NCBI GenBank assembly: GCA_043228905.1
Contig: JBHGNT010000582.1
Span: forward strand, 1 to 20,006
Reading direction: 5' to 3'
DNA: 20,006 nucleotides
Source: Azolla caroliniana
Lineage: Eukaryota > Plantae > Polypodiophyta
A program made the translations under genes and the position numbers. The notes under the pieces are model-generated. The model saw only the letters and a list, made by a program, of their open reading frames with translations. It ran no database searches and was not told the origin of the DNA. Of this stretch, positions 1-12,521 are shown one piece after another. Within the stretch, counting starts at the first letter, position 1, and each line of letters begins with the position of its first letter.

Positions 1-23
1 ACATAAATAAATGTTCATAATAA

Positions 24-93
24 AGAAGAGGAACCATTAGTGATTCTTCCGCTAGAAGAGGAACCATTATTGTTTTCCGCTAGTGATTCTTCC
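24..93. repeat. Short imperfect 30-bp tandem duplication
   Basis: AGAAGAGGAACCATTA at 24 and 54; TAGTGATTCTTCC at 38 and 81. Confidence 0.85.
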
Positions 94-2149
94 TAAACAA
101 GTCAAGTTTAATTTGTCATTTGTCTTTCCAACCAAGACTAGCATTTTGAATGTGAGATTCTTCCAAGAAAATTCAAGCTTAAATTGTTGTAAGACTTTCC
201 AACATTTTGGTTTTGGAACACGACCACTCAACTTTATGCCATGACAATTCATGTTTAATTTGTCAATGACTTTACAATGGTTTTGTTTTGGGAGAGGGTC
301 ACTCATTTGTAGGTGGGCCCAAATAATGTTGTCTCTATTAATTGCTCTCGATTGTGTACCATGCCCTAATATCATGGAAGCCCCATCACAAAGCAGGAAG
401 TTTTAAATAAAGGAAAACTCTTCTTGACCACTCTAACAAACCTCGTGAATATAGATGTCCATAACCATGTTGTGCCTTGTGGGGCTTGAATTCTAAATGT
501 ACAATTTCTTTGGTAGTTTGAATAGACTATTACAAAAGTTATTTAGTTCTAAACTATCATGAATTGTGTGGATTTGAAATATACTCTTCAAAGGAGTTTC
601 ATATAAAAATTCGAGAAAACAAAGGTTAAGAGACAGCCTTTACTACAAGACCATCATATAATTGACTCTCTTTGTTAGTTTCATGATTGTTCCAATATTC
701 GCCTTTTTTGCTTTTGACATGGAATAACAAAGTTTGGATTTTTTCCTCTTTGCCACCCCAAGATGATGCTTTACACTTTCATATAATATCTACAACTATT
801 GTGGGTGTTTGATGATCAATGCTAAGGAAACATGCATGAAGAGAAACAAACATGGTTGGTGAGCAAGGGGATGGAAGGGAATAAAAGAGGATAATACCAC
901 CTTGTAGAATGAAAGCGTCATAAAGAACTATGATGAACACTATTTGTCTTGGTTGATGAAAGATATAGAGATAGAAGGCACTATGGGTAGATTTGGGGAG
1001 GAGCTACTGGTAGGTTATAGGCTATAGCAAAATAGGATTTCTTACCTATTGGTCAATTTCAAGCTATGACTCTAGGAGTCTAGTAACAAATTTGCAATTT
1101 TTTTTTTGGCTTTCATGCTACACTTTAGATGCTATTGGTCTTTTGGATGAGTAGACTCCATTCTAGTCTAATATGCATAAAATAATACATGAAGCATTAG
1201 TTGACTCTTTTACATATGTATAGTTAGGAGGTAAGGATCCTCCGGTTGGTTGAGGATTTTGACATGATTTCCTTCTAAATGATATCAACATTCAAAGTTA
1301 CTTATTTAAACTACGCAGATCGATATCGTTGTATGCACAAACTTTTGTAGTTGGTGCCTAAGTTTCATTAGAATGCTTGAAAAGTGACATTTAAAAAGTA
1401 TTCAAACACGAATAATTATTATGATCATAGCACCTATTAAGGGAACAATGCAAAACAGTTATTTTTTAGTCCTTGACAGTATGTCATAGGATGGTGATAT
1501 TATTAAACATTGATTGCAATAGAAAGAGTTGGAATCATATTGTGAGACATTTTGATCATGGAGTGTATCATGTTAGTGGTAGTAATGGATGATTTTGTTA
1601 TGCAAGAAGACATGTCTTGGTAACTCTAGGTCTTACAAACAAGTGTTGTTAATGGACAATTTTAGGTAAGGTATCATATTGCTAGAGTCACATTGGAGAG
1701 GAATCTATTCCTACTTTAGAATTCCCCTTTAGATTCTTCGATTGTGAGATCATAAATGGAAGGGCCATAGTGGTTTGCAAGAAATCAAAACTTCTAAATT
1801 TTGTCTTGTTATGCAGAATTAAAGCAATGTTCTTTAATAAGGTTCGAAGAAGCTTTATCATGTTCAAATTCTAGAAGAGAAAGAAACGTTTTGAATTAAT
1901 AAATAAAACAATCTTAAACACTACTTACCAAACAATGGATTTCGATATATTAATGTCGTGTTCGAAATACCTTTAGAGGAAATGAAAACGAATAGTAGAA
2001 ATGTACAATGAACTTCCCATGAGCTTACAGTATTTGCTTTCTTTAATTTCCTATCTTTCTAGGCATAGAAAAAAAGTCGATCAACAAGATTGGCAAAGGA
2101 AAATCTCCTCGAGGGGATCTTCGACGATCATAATAGTTGATCAAATATA

Positions 2150-2432
2150 AAGACAAGGATTAAGATTTAGCATAGTGGCTAAAGAAAAGGATTACTATAG
2201 TGTCTTACGTAACGAGCAGAGCTTAAGCAATTGGAGTTTCATGCCATCTGGGACATAGGTATATTTTATAGATGACTTTTTGATAAGGTGGAGTGGTTTT
2301 ACTTTGCACCAAAGTATTTATTTAAGCCGATGGTTAGAATTTAGAAAAAAGGGCATTTGTGGTATATCTTGCATGTATAGCCTTACGACGTTTTCTAATA
2401 CTAATGTAGTATTTTTTTTTTGATAAAAAAAA
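2150..2432 (+). mobile_element. Decayed 3' end of an L1-type LINE (ORF2 C-terminus, 3' UTR, A-tail)
   Basis: 2213-2344 translates as RAELKQLEFHAIWDIGIFYR*LFDKVEWFYFAPKYLFKPMVRI*. This aligns with the LINE C-terminus ending at 7433 (SELMRLNFRK*W...WQYVVPRWLFPPPIR*). It ends CTAATGTAGTA(T)nGAT(A)8 at 2401-2432. The 5' limit is approximate. Confidence 0.7.
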
Positions 2433-2639
2433 CTAGGCATGCATTATTATTGAAAATTAGGTATGTATTTGAGCTATTCGGGCCTACTTGGCTACAAACA
2501 TTTCATTGAAGTGAGTTGATATTATCTATTCTAAAGAGAAATCAAGAAGACGATGGAATTTAAGGTCTTCCACATTAAAAGACATGACACACATGATTAT
2601 TTATTTTTACCTTCTCTTTAGGCACATTGTGTTAAGTTC

Positions 2640-3545
2640 CTTAACAATAAATTGTGTCACAATCTTCATACACCTCATGATACATCATCATCCATCACCT
2701 TAGTTCATTTAAGATGATAGATTGTTGGTCCATTCATGCACCGATGCTAGATAAATCCATGTTTGTCTTGTCCCATGGATGGAAACAAAATATGTATGTG
2801 TATGCATGACTCATTGCCAATAATATCATGCTTCATCACTTAAGACACTCGAGTGTTACCCATCACTGGTCCTTTCATGTACCCATGACACCAAACCCAA
2901 GTTTCTATTGTCACATGAAAACATAAATACATATACATGATGGTGTATGCATGACTCTTGACAACAATATCATGATTTCATCACTTAATCTCTATGAGTG
3001 GCCTAGGCCCTAGACCATCATGCAACGATGACATCAAGCTATATTTGTCTTGTCACATGAATGGAAGCAAACACACATATATTATGATGATGCATGATAA
3101 CTATGTCAACAAATGTCATGTTTTCATCATCCATAGTGTGCACCCATAAATCCTTTTACACACCATAGGAACCAAGTTGCCCACCATGGTTTTCTATCAC
3201 ATGTAGGATGATCTATGCATGACCTATGCTTATACCATGATTTCATCACTTTTCAAGGTCATGATTCATGAACCCATGAGAACAAACCATGAATGATATT
3301 GGTCTTGTCACACGAAGTAAGGAAATCTACATCACCTCATTCACATGATGATGATATATGCATGACTGAAGAGTATTTTTATTCTCATGGAAATATATTT
3401 GATTTCATCACTTAGAAGGTAGACCTATTATCTAGTGTAGAATCTCAATCCTTTCTTAGACCACCATCATGCACAAGTTATTACAAGTTACAACAAACCT
3501 TGTTTGTCTTGTCAAGTCAATGTAGAGAAGACACACATTATGATG
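2640..3545. repeat. Degenerate ~140-bp tandem array, about 6 copies
   Basis: Anchor CATCAC/CATCAT at 2693, 2834, 2979, 3125, 3244 and 3406. Most units also carry a CATGCA/CATGTA/CATGAA-CC block, a GTCTTGTC(A/C)CATG block and a TGCATGA block in the same order. Confidence 0.85.
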
Positions 3546-3699
3546 ATGTCGAGCCTGAGCATTTTGCAAGTTGGACGAGAGTCTCATCAACTTGATCAAA
3601 TTTCAAAGTCAATAAGTGATGTCATAGTTATGCTTAACTTAAATCATGCTCTTTTCAACCTTCACTTTTCAAGGATTTGGATTTTACCCTCAAATATTG

Positions 3700-4150
3700 T
3701 GGTCTTTGTAGTAGATAGAGTTCCATGGTAAGAATGAACAAGGAATATGGTGTTACATGTTATGAAAGTCTAACAAGACTTAAGGAACATGTGCATGTAC
3801 TATGCATTGGAAAGCATTGATTCTTAGGGATGTGAATGAATAATGTTCAAGAACAGGAGAGTGAGATATTCATTCAAATCTGAAAGAACGTGCCATAGTT
3901 ATGAATCATGATGATCATGAAACATCTTCATTTTGGAACCTCATTGTACATTACACATTGTTATTGTTTTCGTCTTTGTTGTACCCATCAAGAATGTCAC
4001 TTCATTAGACAAAAAATATTGCATCACTTGGAAGTTGAGAACTTTACTTATCCATCACTCCAAGGTTGCTAATGCACACATCAAACTTTTCAAAAAAGTT
4101 TGGGGTATGGCTTTTTCTAGCCCCCATTATGGAAGGATGCCGAATTTAGA
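3700..4150 (-). mobile_element. Possible highly decayed Ty3/gypsy gag remnant
   Basis: Broken minus-strand frames read P-(Q/N)-x-F-x-EKFDVCISNLGVMD..KVLNFQV, reminiscent of the retrotransposon gag capsid start. Many stops and frameshifts; the resemblance is weak. Confidence 0.25.
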
Positions 4151-4682
4151 TGTGTAAATGCAATTTCTAAGGTGGTTGCGTAGGGGCTTTTGCTATTCAA
4201 CATGTTGGTTGATGTTGGAATGATGGTGTGTTTTCATGTATGAGTTCTTTGTAGCCTTTGGGCATTTTTCCATTAATACCAAGGTGAATCTTCAACAAAA
4301 AAAAACTAATTTGGCTTTATACAAGATAACCAAAGCACGATCAAGTAATCGAAGAAATATCATTGCTCGCATATTTGGTGGGTTATTCTATGAGGAAAAA
4401 GAAACATTGTATTTTTCATTATTCATCCATCTTGTGACACCTTTGATAGAGATCATAGAATCAATTTAACATGGTCGATGAAATTTGAATATTATCAACA
4501 AATATAAGTACAATTAATTATTGTATAATATTCGATAAGATCCATAAAGGTGATATAGTATTTAGTTTAGGGTTATGTAATCTTGTCTACAAGGATATCA
4601 AATTTGTTTAGCTTACTAAAAAGGTGAATCGTGTCAAGTGTGCATATTATTGTAAAACCCACTTGTAAATGAAATTTGTAGT

Positions 4683-4965
4683 TAGGTGTTAGCAATGGCT
4701 TATCTCAAGCATGAACCAAGTCGTTAAATCATTTTTAAACGATTTGGTGGTTCAATTAGGCTTAGTCATGTTTGAACTCGGTTTGGCAACTGTCAAGTCG
4801 AACAAAACCGGTTCGTAAACCGGTTTAATGTTAATCGGTTTCTCCAAATAGGTTACGCCTTACCGGTTTAGGAACTAGTTTGATTCAAGTTTGAAAACTT
4901 TCAAACCAGTTAAGGCTTAACCGGTTTGGTTTGGACAAGGCAATCCCAACCGTTGCCAATTCCTA
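4683..4965. mobile_element. Non-autonomous hAT-superfamily element (MITE)
   Basis: Imperfect TIRs TAGGTGTTAGCAATGG and CCGTTGCCAATTCCTA (12/16 match). 8-bp TSD TTTGTAGT (4675-4682) and TTTGTAGC (4966-4973). Interior has repeated (A)ACCGGTT motifs. Confidence 0.85.
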
Positions 4966-5819
4966 TTTGTAGCCACAAAAAGACCCAGAAAGTTGCGTGA
5001 TAAACCAAGTGGTTATTAATGCGAAACTATTTAATAAATGAAGTTTGTAATCACAAAAGACATGTATAAGTTACCGACTAATTGGCCTTGTGGTGGACAA
5101 TTGACAAATTGGCCCTAATGGAAACCCATGCATATATGCATCCATATCTTCATTCATGTATATATGAAGCGGCAATTCATATCATTATCATTACCTACAA
5201 GTTATACTGGTCTCAAAATCTAAAAGGAATGTATCCCCTATAAAGGCAAATCAAACTTCAACTTATTTCTTGTTCTGACTTGACAAATGTTTAGGGACTC
5301 AAGTATTGTCCTTTCAATCCTTTAATATATATTAGATGTTTCACATGCACACGCCTATTATCTAGCATGTAATAATTCAATCCTCAAATTTGTTGTCGAG
5401 ACCTGGGTTATGTGTGTTTTGTTTATGCGTGTATAACTCTTCCATTTAAGATGCTCCCTGACAATAGTCAGTGCTAGAAAAAAATGCTCTTGATTAAATG
5501 AAATCTCCAATGTATGCTTCATGTTGAATTTCTAAATAAATCTAGTTGATTTTACAAAATAATGAACACCTTTTGTTGGATTTATCAAGATTGGCCATAG
5601 TTTGACCATACAACATTTTTCCTTAATAAGAATGATAATGTTTTAACTTTCAAATACTAGAAATATCTATGTTATAAATATATCCCAAAAATATTGGAAG
5701 CTCATAGCACAATTATTATGGTCAAGAAGAAATGACAAGTTTACGTATAAAACAATTCCATCAAACAAATCATATACATATTACCATCCAATAAAGATAT
5801 TCTTAAATTTTTTAATTTT

Positions 5820-7609
5820 AGGAGCTTGCAACCACCTGAGGCACCTTGGAAAATTCTTTGGAGACACAGATGGAAGATGTGGTTGCCAAGACAAGGTGGA
5901 AGTTGTCCAAGTAGCTCTTTTGGGGGTTTTGTGCCAAAAAAGCGAACCAAATACCGGGGACGTACACATAGTATATGTGTTGTTGGAATTATGAAGACGT
6001 GGCAAGGAATTAGAAAGGGAATCGTTTGTAGGTGGAGAAATTATGTATATGCTTGAATGTACGTGGCTATTGTTTGGAACCCATTGATCAAAGATGTGGA
6101 TGGGCTGATGACAGGACAAAAAGCAAGATTCAAATGGACCAACTTAATCAATGCCCAAGGGAATGTGTTGGCGGATTGGAAGAGATTTCTGTCTAATGAT
6201 GTGGGCACTCAAAAGGCTAGAATATGGAGGAGAAACAAGGGTAAAAGCATGCTAATGAGAATTACAGATGCCCTTGCACGCAGCAGGCAAACCTTGGAAG
6301 ATGACGCTATAAGTCCCTCCGAAATTGAATAGACAAAACTTATAGATGTTGGAAATTATCTAATTGGAATTAAGGGAATGAAAGCAAGATCTAATGAGGC
6401 ATGCTACTACAAAATAGAGTATGGAATGACAATATGTGAGAACCAACCTATCAAACTGAAAGACCGATTAGGTTGCTTGCAAAAAATGGAAAGGACATGA
6501 TGGTCGACCCCAAGCCGAGTGAGATCAAATCGACGACAATGTGTTGGCTGATAGAAGGGAATTCAAATCAACTATCATGGGACCCAATGATGTATTGTTG
6601 GAGAACTCAAGGACGAATTGATGGTGCCAAGTTGGTTCAATTTTTCAGGTACAACACGAAAATCGGGAGGCAAACTATTCTAGAATAAGAACACAAAGAT
6701 ATTGCAGCACGTAAATATTGGACAAGAGGGCATTAGTGAAAGGAGATTAGATAAATTCTGGAAAACGATATGGCATGATAGTGGTCACCGCAAGATAATG
6801 ATGTGTTTATGGCTTATTGTGCATAGAGCCTTGCCGGTAGGCCCCAATGTAGACCCTAGATGTAGTGCATGTGGACAACTAGAAAGCATTTCCCATTGTC
6901 TATGGGAATGTCACGAGGCAACGGTTGTATGGGGAAGGGCATTACGATTGTTATGCCATGCCTCTAGCTCATTTACCCTCAAATGGGGACATGCTTGTTG
7001 GAATTGTCTTGATGATGATGTGGAGAAATTTGATAGCACATGCAAATCAATGTACAGAGGGGAGAATGGAACTATTTGATTGATCACTGATAACAGGGCA
7101 CCTACAGTTAGTGCCTAGAAGCAAAAGATTGGAGATTTATGGATGTTGCTTGCACCCATTATCATATGGAGAATATGGACAACAAGATGTACCAGGGTAT
7201 TTTCAGCAAACAAACGGCCTCCAACAGAATCTATTAAGCTAATATGGCACACATTAATAACTACATTGAGGGCCCAATATGAGCGGATTGATGGAACAGA
7301 TGATGCTTCAGAACTAATGAGGCTGAATTTCAGAAAATGATGGTGTACTACACCGATGGCAGCAGAAACTGGAATGGATATACATTGGCAGTACGTAGTA
7401 CCGAGATGGTTGTTCCCCCCTCCCATTAGATGAAAGAGGGGCGTGAATGACATGATAGAGAACAAACATGTGGGCTATTGAGTTTAAGTTAAATAAGTGG
7501 CGTTGTCCATATGGAAATAGGTAATGACTACCTGATAAAGGGTCTAAAGTTGTGTATTGAATGGCATTTTAACTAATGGAGTATGTTCTTATTTGGTTAA
7601 AAAAATAAA
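5820..7609 (+). mobile_element. 5'-truncated, decayed L1-type non-LTR retrotransposon (post-RT part of ORF2 with zf-RVT, 3' UTR, A-rich tail)
   Basis: Chain of + ORF pieces broken by stops and frameshifts. 6702-7079 contains FWKTIW...KIMMCLWLIVHRALPVG...CSACGQLESISHCLWECHEATVVW (zf-RVT pattern), followed by IWRIWTTRCTRVF. ORF2 stop TGA at 7431-7433; A-rich tail at 7599-7609. Confidence 0.92.
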
Positions 7610-8389
7610 TACAACAATTAGGCATATAATATCATTTGAGAAACCAAAGTCGAATCATCTATTTTTACACAACCTACTCACATTTCTCTAGTTAAACATA
7701 AGAGCATTCTTACAACAATTCGTATCTTTTTTCAAAAATATGTTGAGGTCTTGATTTTTCAGGTGTACTAAGCATCCTTTAAGGCTCACAAAGCACTACA
7801 TTTGGTGAAATAGAATTATATTGAACTTACAAAAACACATTTTTGACCAATATTTTCCCCATGTGTGACAAAGTTTAGTTGGTTACCATCTATCTTACAC
7901 ACCATAAAATTGGTCAATGTATATCTCGTAGTTGTACCCATCCTTTGCCCCATGTGACTATGAATCTTGAGTGTGAATCATTTGCAAATTAATATCATAG
8001 TTTTAAAGAAAATTGGTGTCTTGAACATCATGCAAAACATTTGTTGGTCACATAATCAAGTTCTTGGCATTAACATATTTTTGTTATTGAGCACAAAACA
8101 CTAAATGACATCCCAACTATTTCTCATACTCGTTTTCATTTTTTAATTTTCTAAGATATGACGGTTTAGATGTATTCATAACCTTGGAGTGAAAAATGGA
8201 TTGAGAGTAAAACAAGGAGTTATACAATCTCTTTCCTCTGTGTTGGATCATTGGAGAAAATATTAATAGATAAAGCTTCCTAAACATTTGGACCTAAAAA
8301 TAGTCGTTGAGAAAAAGACATAAAATGTCCATCACAAGGTCGAGAGAACCTAATATTGCCTTTTAAAACCCAACCAAAGGCACAACATG

Positions 8390-8820
8390 CTAAATAGATA
8401 TATTTTCAAAAATCCACATGAAAGATAGAATATGATCCTATATTAGATGGGGTTGTGAGCCCATGGCAAGATAGGTTTATACCACGGTCCCCACCAACTT
8501 ACAACTATTGAAACTAATGTATGACATGTTAACTTGACCCCTTGGTATTGGAAACAAAAGAAAATGATACACATGAATGATGAGGACTATGAGAATTCTT
8601 ACATAGGGCTACAAAATTAATTGTATGAACTAATTTCTTTGTGCGGTGTGATAAGCATACAAGCACAAAATGACGATCTAGGTGCTTGGGGTGGATTGTT
8701 TGGTTCGAAGAGCCCTTGGATTGTAATACACAATGCTTCTGAGTAGGAGTGGACAACATGTGGCAAACAATTGTTTGTATGATGTCCATTATGATATTTG
8801 TGGGACCATATGAACTATAC
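8390..8820 (-). mobile_element. Possible decayed Ty3/gypsy integrase C-terminal remnant
   Basis: Minus strand reads KLVGTVV*TYLAMGSQPH...IFHVDF*KY, resembling the GPY/F-region consensus (VG.VAY.L.LP..S..H.VFHVS.LK). Upstream fragments YGPTNIIMD and LYAYHTA loosely resemble the integrase core. Confidence 0.35.
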
Positions 8821-9092
8821 AATCATGAGACCGTTAAAAAGGAAGGTTGATTTTTATACATACAATGACATTAATTTTGTAACCAGTAGGAAAGTGTCTA
8901 AAAGGTCATTACTACCTCATTATATATTGGTAAGAACTTTACAACTTATAGAAAAGAGGGATTTTGCTTTATAGCCTATCAACACAAGGTAAAAGTTGAT
9001 TGTTAAGCTTTCAAAAGCACATCTCTAACCTAGGCAATCATGCTAAGACATGAAGATCAAATTATAACACATAAATATTGTGATAGGATATT

Positions 9093-10124
9093 CTAGACAA
9101 AAAAGACAAGCCTATCTTTGAGTTGAGAGTTCCTACACTTGAGGCTAGCATCAACCAAACCCGAGGACGGTGTCGAGTTGCGCCACGCGATGGCGGAGCC
9201 GGAGATGCCTATTGGGGCTGGGTTCACATGAGCCAGGAATTGGTTTCCCACTAAGAGATCTCCGAAAAGCTCGGCATTCTCCGCCTTATGAGTGCTAATG
9301 GTGAGGATCCGGGAACAAGTGTCCTTGATCTTTGCCATTGCCATTGCCGGGGAGTTCATAAAAGAAGACATTGTTGTTTCCGGCACCATGCCCAAAGTAT
9401 TGGCTGATGTCGAGTCCCGAAACTGGGTCCAAGCATTGTTACAAGAAGAAGATGAAGAAGAAGAAGAATTTTTCTTGGAGGAAGAATTACCTAATTTGAG
9501 GAATCTTGGAATGTCCTCCAAACTTACAGCTCCATCTTGCTCACGATTGGCTGTGTGAAACTGTCGGTAATTTGAATACGCTCTCGGTATGTTAGTAGCA
9601 TCGGAATGTCGTCTAGGTATACAGTTGTTGAAAGACATGATGCTAGTAGTATTAATGGAGTGGCTATGGTAATCACGGCCATAAGATTGTGGATTTGGGC
9701 AAGATGTCGACCTTGCCATACACAATGTTTCTCCTTTAAGTCGTCGATCACATTCACCCACATTACCAATAGACTTGGAAACGCTTTCAACTTGGGTCGA
9801 AGAAAGCTCGAAATGCGATACATTTGAATTGGCTCGATCTTTGCTTGATCCTAGAATATTGGTTCCAGCTTGTGTCTCATTAGCTAACTCATCTTGGTTT
9901 GTAGGTGTACTACTACTTGATTTACTAGTGTAGCTTCTTATGAGCTTTCCTACCATGAATAACCCTAATTTCGTGGACGAGCTCTTCGTGTTCATGATCA
10001 TATTGCATAGAGATGGTGCCCTCTTGCCAATTGACCATCTCTTCATTCCTCTCCAATGAAGAAGCATGGGAGGTTTGTTTTTACTACTACATGGTGGTGG
10101 CGGTGATATATTTGGAGGGGCCAT
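9093..10124 (-). CDS. Probable first exon (or truncated gene) of a membrane transporter/channel: long Ser-rich N-terminus, degenerate EF-hand, first TM-like segment resembling the TDT (TehA/SLAC1) or AceTr (GPR1/FUN34/SatP) family
   Basis: 343-codon ORF, GC-richer than its flanks, preceded by microsatellite-rich UTR-like sequence. Motifs RQFHTANREQDGAVSLEDIPRFL and FLAHVNPAPIGISGSAIAWR. Possible donor G|GTTTG near 9160. No downstream exons were recognised. Confidence 0.5.
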   Translation of the reverse strand: MAPPNISPPPPCSSKNKPPMLLHWRGMKRWSIGKRAPSLCNMIMNTKSSSTKLGLFMVGKLIRSYTSKSSSSTPTNQDELANETQAGTNILGSSKDRANSNVSHFELSSTQVESVSKSIGNVGECDRRLKGETLCMARSTSCPNPQSYGRDYHSHSINTTSIMSFNNCIPRRHSDATNIPRAYSNYRQFHTANREQDGAVSLEDIPRFLKLGNSSSKKNSSSSSSSSCNNAWTQFRDSTSANTLGMVPETTMSSFMNSPAMAMAKIKDTCSRILTISTHKAENAELFGDLLVGNQFLAHVNPAPIGISGSAIAWRNSTPSSGLVDASLKCRNSQLKDRLVFFV

Positions 10125-10314
10125 ATTATTGTATTGTATTGTATATATGTATAGAGAGAGGCAAGGTAGAATGAAGATTATTTAGTCTTAACATTGAGAG
10201 TAGTGGAGATAAAGAAGAAGAAGAAGATGATGATAGCCTTAATATAAGTCTTTTTGTTTTCTTATGAGATTTTTTTATGAGGTTCATGTTGGGACAACTT
10301 AACACTTTGTGATG

Positions 10315-10357
10315 CTCTCTCTCTCTCTATATATATATATACATATAGAGAGAGAGA
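10315..10357. repeat. Compound microsatellite (CT)7-(AT)n-(AG)5
   Basis: Read directly from the sequence; the arrangement is self-complementary. Confidence 0.95.
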
Positions 10358-12521
10358 TACCATAGACCACCTAAAACTAGAAATGGAAAAGATGGATACA
10401 TATAATCCAATGCAAGGAGGTGCATTGAGCCATATGCTATTCCTAACAAGAAAGCTAGAGGTCCATGACACCATAGAGAATAGTAGTAGTTTATTCCAAC
10501 TTGTAAAATCGAGGTAGCCCTAAATCCAAGGCTTGTAAGTTGTGTGATGAAGAATCCCTATGAAAATGTAGTGCAAAAAAGATGATTGTCCAGTACGTAC
10601 CAATGCTCGAAAACATAAAGTGTAATTTGGACTTGGATTATCGAAACTTTACCTTTAAACTTTCAAATTGAAGATATAAGTAGCTTTAAAACATCGGAAA
10701 TTTTTTACCTTGTCGTAAAAGTTTCCTTTGTACTTTATTTAACTTATAATAAAAACATTCTATATGAACTTTGCTCTGTAGCCTCTTGGCTGACAACGTA
10801 CAACTACCCCATTATGTGGGTCCCGTGTACTAAGCATGCATCTCCATTCTCGAGGATTCTAGTCCACAGTTTTGGATAGGTAAAACATTATTAAAATCCA
10901 ATTCGAGAGTATATTTGCTCAATGTGTTGTCCATCTGGTGTGTAAGTTGGAAAAAGAATATGTTTCTTTTACCTAGGATAGAAATGTGCATTTGAGGAGT
11001 TGCTACACTTCATGTGGGCCATAAATCTACTTCTTTGCAACTTGGTTTGTCCATGCATATATTATGGAAAATGTCACATTCTTTTTACCTCTAAGTGTTG
11101 ACAAACCTCACATAAGTTCAAAATTTATCCCTTTTTTTTCAAGATTTCTGCAATACATTGCCATATCATCCCTTCACTTCTATTGCAACCCAAGTGGTTG
11201 TTTGATCTTATAAAAAAATTCTTAAAATGTATGCCCCCAAACTGTTTTGCCTTTTGTTATGCATTAACAAAGGAGGAAGTAAGGTAAGATAATGATGGTT
11301 TTCTTATTTTGACAAGGTCATTATGCAATGGGGTTTGTATTAAGATCCATTATACCCATAAAGTTTGGCATAACATCTACTTAACCCCTAGTTGTTATGC
11401 CTAGTTTCAGGAGAAATATGGATTCTACCCTTCCAAAACTACACCTCTATTAGAAAGTAATATGTACATAGAACATTAATTTATTCCTTTTACCATAAGA
11501 AGAGTTCAAATACAAACATTCTACTTTCCTCTATATGTTTAACTTTACACTTGTGAAATTGTATATCATTCTCTTGAATTAACCTCTAAGAGATAATATC
11601 AAATGTGCCAGTACATAAGTTTTTTGGAGTAATCTAACTTCAAGGTGTTGTTTAGTTCTTTTAAGAGATAAATCTATTTTCTACAATGAAAAATGGAGGT
11701 GCAAATAAAATCATGATTGGGACAATGATGATATTTCCATTATTAGAAGATTTTTAATTCTTTGACATTTGTTTACCAAAAATTGAGTCACGTGGTTTGT
11801 TCAACTTTCCCATGGGAACGTTGATGTAAAAGACAATGGTGTGTTGATCTAAACATGCTAGGTATGATTGTAGGTACATGTGCCTCGATTTCCATTTTAA
11901 GATAGAGTTATAATTCAAGCTAGTATAAATTTTGCTACTCTTTTGTAGACCCTAGCAAATGCTGGTAGTTGTCAAACATTAGGTTCCCCACGAGATACTT
12001 TAAACACTAGAAAGTGAAGAATTTAGTTTAAGTTAATCTTTCATTTATTTCATATCAAAGCCTTACATACTATGGGCTCTAAGTGCCTAATCAAAGCAAA
12101 ACATCAAGAGTGGCTTATGAAGAATGAGGGGATCGCTTTTGGTAAAATATTCTCTTAAAGTGATGCAATGACCTTTGAGAGAGGGTGTGATATAAGATTA
12201 TGATGGTGTGGAGCTTTCAGAAGCTATGAAGTTCCTTTCAATTAGTTAGGGAAGGCTAGACCAGGTTATGATCATATGGTTTTGGGATTTTATGGCTCGA
12301 TGAGGTTAGGGAAGGCAAAGATGATGATATATTTGCATCCAAAGGGCACAACATTCCTCATGTGATAAAAAATACTCTCAAAACATTCTCTTAAGATGTG
12401 TAGATGGTGGAAGATTTCAAAGTTGTAAAACAAAAAGAAAAACTAAATTAAAGACTAAGATCATATGAAGCAAACTAATATAGAACTAAAAAAACAAGCT
12501 TTAATTTTCATTTACGCTTTT

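Noticed and set aside
67-375. 102-aa minus-strand ORF
   Set aside because: No recognisable motif; it ends in a tandem duplication and is probably chance or TE debris.
2640-3545. CRISPR-like array
   Set aside because: Eukaryotic context; units are homologous along their whole length with no unique spacers.
5740-7630. Target-site duplication for the main LINE
   Set aside because: Only weak AT-rich similarity (AACAATT) on the two sides; not convincing.
9292-9827. Overlapping ORFs 9292-9558, 9524-9823 and 9606-9827
   Set aside because: Shadows of the 343-aa ORF; the acidic run is the antisense of its poly-Ser (GAA)n tract.
12245-12316. Direct repeat GTTAGGGAAGGC, 60 bp apart
   Set aside because: Two 12-bp copies with no further structure; not a telomeric array.
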